From assembly GCA_049598495.1 (NCBI GenBank), contig JBMYNR010000001.1, positions 72,172-136,171 on the forward strand: a stretch of 64,000 nucleotides of DNA. Reading direction: 5' to 3'. Source of the stretch: Opitutales bacterium (lineage in GTDB: Bacteria > Verrucomicrobiota > Verrucomicrobiia > Opitutales > Coraliomargaritaceae). Both the position numbers and the translations under genes were made by a program. Positions 55,598 through 64,000 of the stretch are shown here, one piece after another; the stretch's first letter is position 1; each line of letters begins with the position of its first letter. Under the pieces are notes generated by a model that did not search any database, had not been told where the DNA came from, and saw only the letters and a list, made by a program, of their open reading frames with translations.

Positions 55598-56641
55598 ATG
55601 TCTCCAACTAGGACACCGAAACAACTTGGTTATCGCTTTCCTGCCGAGTGGGAACTGCAGGAGGCAGTCTGGTTCGCTTGGCCGGTTCGTGAGACGCTTT
55701 GGCCGGATTGTCTCGACCGGGTTCGTGAACGTCTTGTCGAGTTATATCTTCAGGCGGCCGTATTTCAGAAGGTTCGTATCCTATGCCCCAGTTATGAGCA
55801 GGAATCGCTTCGTCAGTTGATGATCGCCCGGGGTGAGACCACAAATGTCGAGTTTTACGACTACGAGACGGACGATGTTTGGATTCGGGACTTTGGACCG
55901 CTTTTCTTAATTCACGACCGAAAAAAGGAACTGTGCATTGCCGACTGGCGTTACAATGCCTGGGGCAATAAATTTCCCGAGCAGGAGAAAGATAGCCGTG
56001 CAAGTGCCTGGATAGCGAATCAAATTGAGATGAGACGATTTAGCTTCGAACAGGTACTCGAAGGAGGTGCTGTTGAGAGCAATGGCGCCGGCCAAATTCT
56101 GACGACGGAGGTGGTCGCTCTGAATCCAAACCGCAATGGTGAATTGGAGTCTGAAAAATTGGAACGTAAGTTCACGGAAGGTCTCGGCGCGAGTGAAATT
56201 CTTTGGCTCAAGGATGGACTTGTTGGTGACGACACCGACGGCCATATCGATAATCTTGCCCGCTTTTTCAAGGAGGACGGAATCCTTATTGCCAAGGTGA
56301 GTGATCCTGGGGACGTCAACTATCCAGCTCTGGAGGAGAATGCCCGCCGACTACGTGAATTTCAGACGGTGGAGGGCGAGGCTTTTACGATTGTTCAGCT
56401 TCCTCTTCCGGATCCGATCCTCCACAGGGGTGAACCGCTCGCCGCCAGTTATCTGAATTATATTGTGCTCAATGGTGCCGTTTTGGTGCCCACCTATAAC
56501 CAGGCCAGCAAGGACGAAGAAGCGCTGGGCATCATCGGTGATTGCTTCCCGATGCGGGAAATTATCGGCGTCGATTGCACGGATATCGTCAAGGAAGGCG
56601 GAGCGCTGCACTGCATGAGTCAGCATCAACCGATGGTCTAG
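55598..56641 (+). CDS. aguA: Agmatine deiminase
   Basis: PAEWE, WIRDFGP, LEGG, DDTDGHID, ASYLN, GGALHCMSQ. Confidence 0.92.
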   Translation: MSPTRTPKQLGYRFPAEWELQEAVWFAWPVRETLWPDCLDRVRERLVELYLQAAVFQKVRILCPSYEQESLRQLMIARGETTNVEFYDYETDDVWIRDFGPLFLIHDRKKELCIADWRYNAWGNKFPEQEKDSRASAWIANQIEMRRFSFEQVLEGGAVESNGAGQILTTEVVALNPNRNGELESEKLERKFTEGLGASEILWLKDGLVGDDTDGHIDNLARFFKEDGILIAKVSDPGDVNYPALEENARRLREFQTVEGEAFTIVQLPLPDPILHRGEPLAASYLNYIVLNGAVLVPTYNQASKDEEALGIIGDCFPMREIIGVDCTDIVKEGGALHCMSQHQPMV

Positions 56642-56736
56642 GAGCACTTTGCATTTAGCTAGAATAACCGGCTGGACAACGCCGCGACCTCTCGAAGCGG
56701 CTCTCGCCAGAAGTTCTAACTAAATGCAATCGGCTC
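56642..56736. mobile_element. ~95-bp MITE of a second family
   Basis: Terminal IR GAGCACTTTGCATTTAGCTAGAA / TTCTAACTAAATGCAATCGGCTC; related pieces at 1831, 59647 and ~59830. Confidence 0.7.
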
Positions 56737-56769
56737 GAGTCTTTTTACAATGTGCTCTATGCGGATGCC

Positions 56770-57016
56770 TAACCCGAATATTGCACCAGTTTGTTGCTGT
56801 CGTTCTTTATCTTGTTACGGGATGGCTACTTGCGAGTTTTCTTCAAAAACTCGTCGTGTCACAAAAGTGACAGCAACAAACTTTGAGTCCAGAAGCGTCC
56901 CTGGCTGTGTTCCGAGCGGGTAACCCACTTAGTCACGCACTTCAGTGCGCTCCTGCGTGGAACACGGCTCGCGCCTTGCCAAAGCCAATTCTGGATCTCA
57001 TGCAATAAGCGGGCTT
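56770..57016. mobile_element. 247-bp MITE, copy 3
   Basis: Near-identical to copies 1 and 2; right end is TT rather than TA. Confidence 0.9.
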
Positions 57017-57023
57017 GGCTGGC

Positions 57024-58802
57024 TTACATCCTTTCCAGCGGCTGGATCCCGAGAAGCTCCAGTCCCGTCTTTAGGACGGTTCGGGTGCGTGCGCAAAGAA
57101 TCAAGCGGCGTGCTTTGACGGCTTCGTCCTCGACCATGACTTTATCGGCATTGTAGAAGCTACTGTAGGCACCAGCGAGTTCATACAGGTAGGTGCAGAG
57201 GAAATGCGGTCGCAAATCGTTGAGTGTGAGTTCAAGTGCGGTGACAAATCCCATCAATTTACGGGCAAGCGCCATTTCAGCCTCGGTCTCTATTTGGCTG
57301 GCGCCTTCGATGCTCGCCCCAGGGGCAATATCTGCCTTGCGGAAGATACTGTTTATACGGGCAACCGCGTAGAGTAGGTAGGGAGCGGTGTTGCCTTCGA
57401 AGCTAAGCAGTCGATCCCAACTGAACACATAGTCCTGGGTGCGATTACTGGAGAGATCGGCATATTTAATCGCACCAATGCCGACGGACTCTGCGATCCG
57501 CTGGCGCTCGCCTTCCGGTAGATCCGGGTTCTTTTCGGAGACGGTCCGAAAGGCACGGTTGCGAGCTTCATCGAGGAGCTCTTGTAGCTTAATGGACTCG
57601 CCCGATTTCGTTTTGAAGGGTTTCTTGTCGGCTCCCAGGATGGTTCCCCAGAATACGTGACTCATCACGGGTTGAGGGTAAGCTTTTGCTTTGAACCACT
57701 TTTCAGTGGTGAGAAAGAGCTGTTGAAAATGGTCCTGCTGACGAGCGTCGGTTAGGTAAATAATTTCTTCGGCCTTGAATTCTTCGACCCGATAGAGAAC
57801 CGTGGCGAGGTCTGTGGATGCGTAATTCGATGCGCCATCGCTCTTGCGAATGTTAAAGGGGTAGGGGCGTTCGTTGTCGCGGGCGAACTTTTTGACCTCG
57901 TCGTGCCAGACGACGAGAGCGCCGTCGCTCTCCTCGGCGAGTCCGATCTCAAGTAGCTCGTCGTAGATGCGTTGGACTTTATCACGGTAGAAGGACTCGC
58001 CCAGGGTGATGTCCACCTCAACACCCATCTGCTCGAAGAGTTTGTCGAAGGCGACCTTGGAGATCTCAACAATCTGATCCCAGATCGCGGTGTTTTCGGC
58101 ATCGCCGTTCTGAAGCTTCACGAGTTCATTGCGGGAGACGTCTCGTAAATCGGGCTGTTCGCCCTCGAGCAGACTACCTTCCTTGTAAAGTTGATCGAGA
58201 GTCTTGAGAGCATCGTCGCCCAGCTTGGAAAGATCGATTTCATCACGCTTAATCTTCATGATCAGCGTGCCGAAATTAGTGCCCCAGTCGCCGATGTGAT
58301 TATCTCGGGTCAGGTCGGCACCGCAGAAGTCGAGCAAACGGCTGATAGCCTGCCCGATAACCATTGGGCGAAGGTGGCCGATGTGTGCCTGCTTGGCAGT
58401 GTTCGCGCTCGGGTAGTCGATCACGACTTTGCGGCCACGCTTCAGTTCCTTGGCACCGCTGCGGTAGTCGGCCTTTGATGCGTAGGCGAGTTGCCAGTCC
58501 CAGATAAACTTTGCGGAGAGCTTGAAGTTGATGAAGCCGGGGCCGGCCAGCGATAGCTCGACGAGGTCCGGATCAAACTCGCCCGACGCCACAGCTGCGT
58601 CGATCAGTTTCTGACCGAGCTCGCGTGGGTTGAGCTTATTTCGCTTGGCAAATCCCAGCACGCCGTTGGCTTGATAGTCTCCGAACTTCGGGTCGGAGGG
58701 GCGCACGCCTGGGTCAAAGTCGGCATTGAAGCCCTCGGTTTGAGCGGCTATGCGGCGTAGGATTTGATCAATTGCGTGGGATGGATTGAACCAGACGGAC
58801 AT
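57024..58802 (-). CDS. argS: Arginine--tRNA ligase
   Basis: FGDYQAN, AGPGFIN, HIGH, NHIGDWG, FKTKSG, GNTAPYLLY, LERM. Confidence 0.97.
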   Translation of the reverse strand: MSVWFNPSHAIDQILRRIAAQTEGFNADFDPGVRPSDPKFGDYQANGVLGFAKRNKLNPRELGQKLIDAAVASGEFDPDLVELSLAGPGFINFKLSAKFIWDWQLAYASKADYRSGAKELKRGRKVVIDYPSANTAKQAHIGHLRPMVIGQAISRLLDFCGADLTRDNHIGDWGTNFGTLIMKIKRDEIDLSKLGDDALKTLDQLYKEGSLLEGEQPDLRDVSRNELVKLQNGDAENTAIWDQIVEISKVAFDKLFEQMGVEVDITLGESFYRDKVQRIYDELLEIGLAEESDGALVVWHDEVKKFARDNERPYPFNIRKSDGASNYASTDLATVLYRVEEFKAEEIIYLTDARQQDHFQQLFLTTEKWFKAKAYPQPVMSHVFWGTILGADKKPFKTKSGESIKLQELLDEARNRAFRTVSEKNPDLPEGERQRIAESVGIGAIKYADLSSNRTQDYVFSWDRLLSFEGNTAPYLLYAVARINSIFRKADIAPGASIEGASQIETEAEMALARKLMGFVTALELTLNDLRPHFLCTYLYELAGAYSSFYNADKVMVEDEAVKARRLILCARTRTVLKTGLELLGIQPLERM

Positions 58803-58937
58803 GGCGCCAAGGGAAGATTCTGGAAAGTCGGGGTCAAGCCCGAAGACGTTGTATCCAAACCGTGGCGCTAACTTCTTCTCAGGAAGAGGGTTGAAAATTT
58901 ATAGAAAGCCACTCACGCTTTATTCTGAGCTTCTGCT

Positions 58938-59180
58938 ATGGATACCGAACAGATCAATCCCCATATTTATAAAAACTCGGGGATGAGGCGTATCTTCAAG
59001 GCTTTCTTCTATTCGTTGGAGGACATGGCTTCTACAGTGAAGCACGAGGCGGCTTTTCGGCAGGAGTTGGTGCTTGCTGCGATTCTTCCCTCTGCATCTT
59101 TTTCTCTTCAGCCTGTTGAACTGCCTAATTTGCTGGGCATCCGTGATGACGATAAACTGGGATCGTTTGGTGTAGGCTAG
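58938..59180 (+). pseudogene. dgkA: Diacylglycerol kinase DgkA remnant
   Basis: GMRRIFKAFFYS...HEAAFRQELVLA matches the DgkA N-terminus; the later ELLNSAIE/KD.GS region is not intact. Confidence 0.7.
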
Positions 59181-59183
59181 GGT

Positions 59184-59636
59184 ATGCTGCATATTGTCCT
59201 CTTTAATCCCGAGATTCCTCAGAATACGGGTAATATCGGCCGTCTCTGCGCGATTACGGAGAGCCGACTACACCTTGTCCACCCACTTGGTTTTACGATT
59301 ACCGATAAACATCTCAAGCGCAGTGGTATGGATTACTGGCACTCGCTTGATGTGCACCACCACGATAATTGGGAGGCATTCGAGGCGAGTCCCCACGGAC
59401 CCGATCGGCTCTGGCTCTTAACGACACACGCTGACCATGCGTATTGGGATGTTGAGTATACAGATGGCGATGGGCTGGTCTTCGGGAGCGAAGGCCATGG
59501 GGTTCCTGATTGGTTACACGCAAAGCTACAGGGGTTCCGACTCACGATTCCCCATAAAAACGACCAACTGCGTTCTCTGAATCTCTCGACCTCGGTTGGT
59601 ATTGTGACCTACGAGGCAATCAGGCAACTTCGCTAG
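59184..59636 (+). CDS. trmL: tRNA (cytidine/uridine-34 2'-O)-methyltransferase
   Basis: PEIPQNTGNIGRLCA, RSGMDYW, FGSE, RSLNLS. Confidence 0.95.
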   Translation: MLHIVLFNPEIPQNTGNIGRLCAITESRLHLVHPLGFTITDKHLKRSGMDYWHSLDVHHHDNWEAFEASPHGPDRLWLLTTHADHAYWDVEYTDGDGLVFGSEGHGVPDWLHAKLQGFRLTIPHKNDQLRSLNLSTSVGIVTYEAIRQLR

Positions 59637-59646
59637 AGCACTTCTA

Positions 59647-59862
59647 GTGCACTTTGCATTTAGATAGAATAACTGGCTGGGGGTGATTTTTATTGCCAGC
59701 CAGACGGGTGCAGCGGGTGCGGGTCGAGACCCGTATCGCTGCGACCAACGCAGCTGGAAGCAAAAATCCCCCAGTCCCAACTATCGATCGATTCAAGGCC
59801 CTGAGCTCGCCGAACGGGCAGGGATGAGGCTTTTTCGAGAGGTCGCGGCGTTTTCCAGTCAG
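59647..59862. repeat. Composite repeat region related to the 56642 MITE and to 63776-63830
   Basis: First 34 bp match 56642-56675 with 3 mismatches; TCGAGAGGTCGCGGCGTT is the inverse of the 56642 interior; GGGTCGAGAC..GCGACCAACGCAGC is the inverse of ~63780-63815. Confidence 0.7.
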
Positions 59863-59980
59863 CGCTTGCCATTCGACATCATGGGTCACTGACACGCTCG
59901 ACTGTAGTATCCAGTTTGGCCGGATGAAGACACTGGAACAGACCATTGTCAGATTGGGGCAAGCCCTTCAATAAAAGCGA

Positions 59981-61078
59981 TTACAGTGCTTCGTTCTTGA
60001 TGATCGTCTCAATGATACGGTCTTGATTGCTTTGCTTTAGGTAGGGATGGAATGGAAGGCTGATGACTTCTTTGGCCGCCTGCTCTGTGGCTGGAAACCT
60101 TTGTTTCGCTGAAGCTAGGTGGGCAAAGACTGCCTGTTGGTGAAGCGGTTTTCGGTAGTAGACCGCGCTTGGAATGCCTTCTGCCTCAAGTGCTTTGGCG
60201 AGGCTATCACGGTTTTTCGGGCGGATTGTATATTGAGCGTAGATGTGAGTATTGCCCGGGTGGATTGCCGGAACCGTTACATGGTCTTTTAGCGCATCGG
60301 AGTAGCGTTGGCCGAGCTTTTGGCGGAGCTCTATTTCCTCGTCTCTGAAATTGGCAAACTTCGCATGAATGATAGCCGCTTGAAGGCTATCGCAGCGCCC
60401 GTTGGTTCCAAGTATGTAGTGGGATTCACGTTCCTTGCAGCCGTGGTTTGTGACTGCTCGAAGTGCTTCGCCGACTGCCTCGTCTTGAGTGAAGACGGCA
60501 CCGCCGTCACCGTAGCCGCCGAGCGGTTTCGCGGGGAAGAAACTAGTGCAGGATACGTCGCCGACCGTACCGCTTTTTCGACCCGCCTGCTCGGCGCCGA
60601 AACTCTGTGCCGCGTCTTCGATAATCTTCAGGTTGTGCGCTCTTGCTATCGTCTCGAGGGCAGGGTAGTCCGCCATCTGGCCGAATAGGTTCACTGCAAT
60701 GATCGCTCTGGTCCTGGGTGTGATCGCCTCCTCGACTTTTTGGGGGTCGATGTTGTAGGTATCCGCCTCGATATCAACGAAGACTGGGGTTGCCCCTACG
60801 AGTGCGATCGTCTCCGCTGTGCTGATCCATGTGAAGGGTGTCGTGATGACTTCATCTCCGGGGCTAATTCCGAGCGCACGAAGGGCAATTTCAAGAGCCA
60901 TGGTGCCACTTGCGACGGCGACACAGTTTGATCCTCCGAGAAACTGAGCTAGAGTCGCCTCGAGTTCGTAGACTTCAGGCCCGTTAATATAGCGTCCGTG
61001 CTCGAACACTTTGGCGACGGCTTCGTCGATCTTAGTCGCACTGTGTTCGTGGATAGCTTTGATATCAATAAACTGCAT
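59981..61078 (-). CDS. DegT/DnrJ/EryC1/StrS aminotransferase
   Basis: SGT.AL, GDEVIT, EDAAQSFGA, SFFPAKPLG.YGDGG, SLPFHP. Confidence 0.93.
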   Translation of the reverse strand: MQFIDIKAIHEHSATKIDEAVAKVFEHGRYINGPEVYELEATLAQFLGGSNCVAVASGTMALEIALRALGISPGDEVITTPFTWISTAETIALVGATPVFVDIEADTYNIDPQKVEEAITPRTRAIIAVNLFGQMADYPALETIARAHNLKIIEDAAQSFGAEQAGRKSGTVGDVSCTSFFPAKPLGGYGDGGAVFTQDEAVGEALRAVTNHGCKERESHYILGTNGRCDSLQAAIIHAKFANFRDEEIELRQKLGQRYSDALKDHVTVPAIHPGNTHIYAQYTIRPKNRDSLAKALEAEGIPSAVYYRKPLHQQAVFAHLASAKQRFPATEQAAKEVISLPFHPYLKQSNQDRIIETIIKNEAL

Positions 61079-61163
61079 GACAGTCGCGAAGATTGCTGCT
61101 GCATGTATTAATGCAAGCCGACTTTATCTCTGTTTTATCCGCTATTCCGTAGGATGGGTTCAT

Positions 61164-61193
61164 AAAAAACGCCGCCCCATCCGGGACGGCGTT
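61164..61193 (-). terminator. Rho-independent terminator after glnII
   Basis: AAAAAACGCCGCCCC-ATCC-GGGACGGCGTT on the + strand. Confidence 0.8.
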
Positions 61194-61221
61194 GATCAAA
61201 TAAATATACGCTTGCAGCGGT

Positions 61222-62253
<1,032 letters not shown>

Positions 62254-62340
62254 TTTATTCGGTATTTGTGTCAGGTTGTAGTGTGACTGTTGAGATACGC
62301 GGGAGGCTGTCAGGCCGTTAACCCGCTGAATGTGATCTTC

Positions 62341-62356
62341 AGCAGAATGCATGCCA
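62341..62356 (-). promoter_or_regulatory. Sigma-54 (-24/-12) promoter for glnII
   Basis: Minus strand TGGCATGCATTCTGCT: GG-N10-GC spacing, ~90 bp upstream of the GS start. Confidence 0.7.
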
Positions 62357-62460
62357 GCAATCTTACTGTGCGGGATTTTTACGGGCTATGCTCGGTGCGA
62401 TGCGAGCTTTTTGTTCAATTCTTGCCAATTCCACGGAATGAGACTGGAATTTGTCGGCAA

Positions 62461-62910
62461 ATGGAGGAAGCTAAAAACACTGCTCGTGCGGTTGTCCACA
62501 TCGGCTATGACGGTCGTGTTCATAAGACGTTTAAGGGCCCACAGGCGCGTGAACGCTACGAAAATGAGGTTCGGGTCCTCCAGTTTCTGGATGAGCATGG
62601 CTGTGGCTTTGTTCCCAAAATTATCGAAAAGGATGATGCGACGCTCTATTTGGTCACCTCGAACTGCGGTTCCCGTGTGGATCATGTAAGTGAATCGAAG
62701 AAAAAACGGATATTTGACGAGCTTAAGCAATTCGGCGTTCGTCATGAAGATGCTGAAGTGCGTAACATTACCTACAGTCCGCAACTTGGACGTTTCTGTG
62801 TGATTGACTTCGAGTTTGCGACGATTCTTCTCCCGGGTTACCCGCCTTCCCCCAGGATGAAGTCGGTTGCGCATCGCAGTCTTTGGCAGAAGGGGGTGGA
62901 TCGTGTGTGA
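62461..62910 (+). CDS. Minimal protein-kinase-like protein (149 aa)
   Basis: VHK (beta-3 Lys), ENEVRVL (alpha-C Glu), HEDAEVRN (HxDxxxxN), IDFE (DFG-like). Confidence 0.75.
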   Translation: MEEAKNTARAVVHIGYDGRVHKTFKGPQARERYENEVRVLQFLDEHGCGFVPKIIEKDDATLYLVTSNCGSRVDHVSESKKKRIFDELKQFGVRHEDAEVRNITYSPQLGRFCVIDFEFATILLPGYPPSPRMKSVAHRSLWQKGVDRV

Positions 62911-62926
62911 CCCTGACGAACCGCAG

Positions 62927-63760
62927 ATGAGCGCGATTCAATGGTCCGCAGTTACGGACGTGGGTCGCTTTCGCAAGAACAATGAGGATGCCTTTCTCGC
63001 CCTCGCGATCAATGGAGAAGGTGTCCTCCGGCTTGGGAAGTATGGGGAGGCTGAAGTCCTTGAGAACGATTATATCTTTGCGGTCAGCGATGGTATGGGT
63101 GGTGCTAATGCGGGTGAATTTGCGAGTCAAATTGCGGTTGATAAAATTACACGGCTTCTACCCGGAGTTTTTCGTAATGCAGCCAGTGGTTTCGAACTTG
63201 GTTTTCAGGACCTACTGGGAGAGCTCTTCGATCAGATCCACCACGAGTTGACAGGACTGGGGCAGGCCTACGAGGAGTGTCTGGGTATGGGAGCCACACT
63301 TAGTTTATGCTGGGTGCGTCCGGGTTGGGTCTATTTTGCCCATGTGGGTGACAGTCGGATTTATCACCTGCCGGCCGCCGATGACATTCATCAAGTCAGC
63401 CATGATCATACGCACGTGGGTTGGCAGCAGCGGCGTGGGGAGCTTTCCGAGATGCAGGCTCGCTCGCACCCGGGCCGGAACTCCTTGCAGCAAGTACTAG
63501 GTGGCAAAAACCAAAATTTGAGCCCGCAATTCGGTGCGATTGGTTATGAACCGGGGGATGCCTTTATGCTTTGCTCCGATGGACTCGTGGAAGGCCTCTG
63601 GAATAGAGGTATGCAACGCTTAATCCGAAATCCGCCGAGTGAGGCTGAGGGGAATGCCGCCGAGCGGCTTGTAAAGGAAGCCGTGGCGACCGACGGCAGA
63701 GATAACACGACAGCGGTTGTCTTTGAACTCATACCGCTTCAAGAGCGCGCATCTGAATGA
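62927..63760 (+). CDS. PP2C/PrpC-family Ser/Thr phosphatase
   Basis: TDVGRFRKNNED, AVSDGMGG, HVGDSR, DHT, CSDGL, GRDNTT; alternative GTG start at 62903. Confidence 0.93.
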   Translation: MSAIQWSAVTDVGRFRKNNEDAFLALAINGEGVLRLGKYGEAEVLENDYIFAVSDGMGGANAGEFASQIAVDKITRLLPGVFRNAASGFELGFQDLLGELFDQIHHELTGLGQAYEECLGMGATLSLCWVRPGWVYFAHVGDSRIYHLPAADDIHQVSHDHTHVGWQQRRGELSEMQARSHPGRNSLQQVLGGKNQNLSPQFGAIGYEPGDAFMLCSDGLVEGLWNRGMQRLIRNPPSEAEGNAAERLVKEAVATDGRDNTTAVVFELIPLQERASE

Positions 63761-64000
63761 TCAGCCTGAGAGTTGGGTTGGCTGCGTTGGTCGCCTCCAG
63801 TAGAGTCTCGACCCAACAGGAAATGCTCTAGCCGGAACAACTCTCCGCTCTCGCTAAAGGTTCAGGATTTTTCTAAGGTGATATGATACCATTTACTATA
63901 AGGGCGTGTCGGACTTAAGTTGCCCTCCAGCCAGTTAATCTGTTATCAGTTATCAGTTAGGCAGTTGTGTGTCTTTGCATGAGCGCAAATTTTGTGAACG

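Noticed and set aside
62254..62460. Upstream extensions of the glnII and kinase ORFs
   Set aside because: They overlap each other and the sigma-54-type promoter; motif-bearing sequence starts at 62253 and 62461

Overview
This is a 64 kb chromosomal window of mostly housekeeping genes. Gene content and protein style suggest a Verrucomicrobiota (Opitutae/Coraliomargarita-like) bacterium; that assignment is inference. It contains rplS (partial), mdh, DAHP synthase, ygfZ, HU, leuCD, exbBD, a type II secretion cluster (gspG-H-I-J-K-L-M-D plus a C-like gene, no gspE/F), tsaE, thiL, xth, der, polA, a CCA-type enzyme, nadK, fabG-acpP-fabF, hisH, gltA, an AT-richer metR/metE pair, namZ, an RNase E/G gene, rodA, lysA, sufE, bcp, hisG, aguBA, argS, trmL and a type II glutamine synthetase with a sigma-54-type promoter. 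I saw no rRNA, tRNA, CRISPR array, transposase or integrase. The most interesting signals are: (1) REP-like palindrome doublets of 96 and 72 bp lying in frame in the N-terminal leaders of two secretion genes; (2) three near-identical 247-bp MITEs with an ERIC-like core, with an apparent empty target site in the same window; (3) a minimal ~149-aa kinase-like gene paired with a PP2C phosphatase, divergent from glnII; (4) a 2.2-kb two-gene segment bracketed by 141-bp inverted repeats; (5) a decayed four-helix-bundle gene between inverted short-period arrays, with similar gene-less arrays elsewhere. All calls come from reading motifs by eye; no searches were run.
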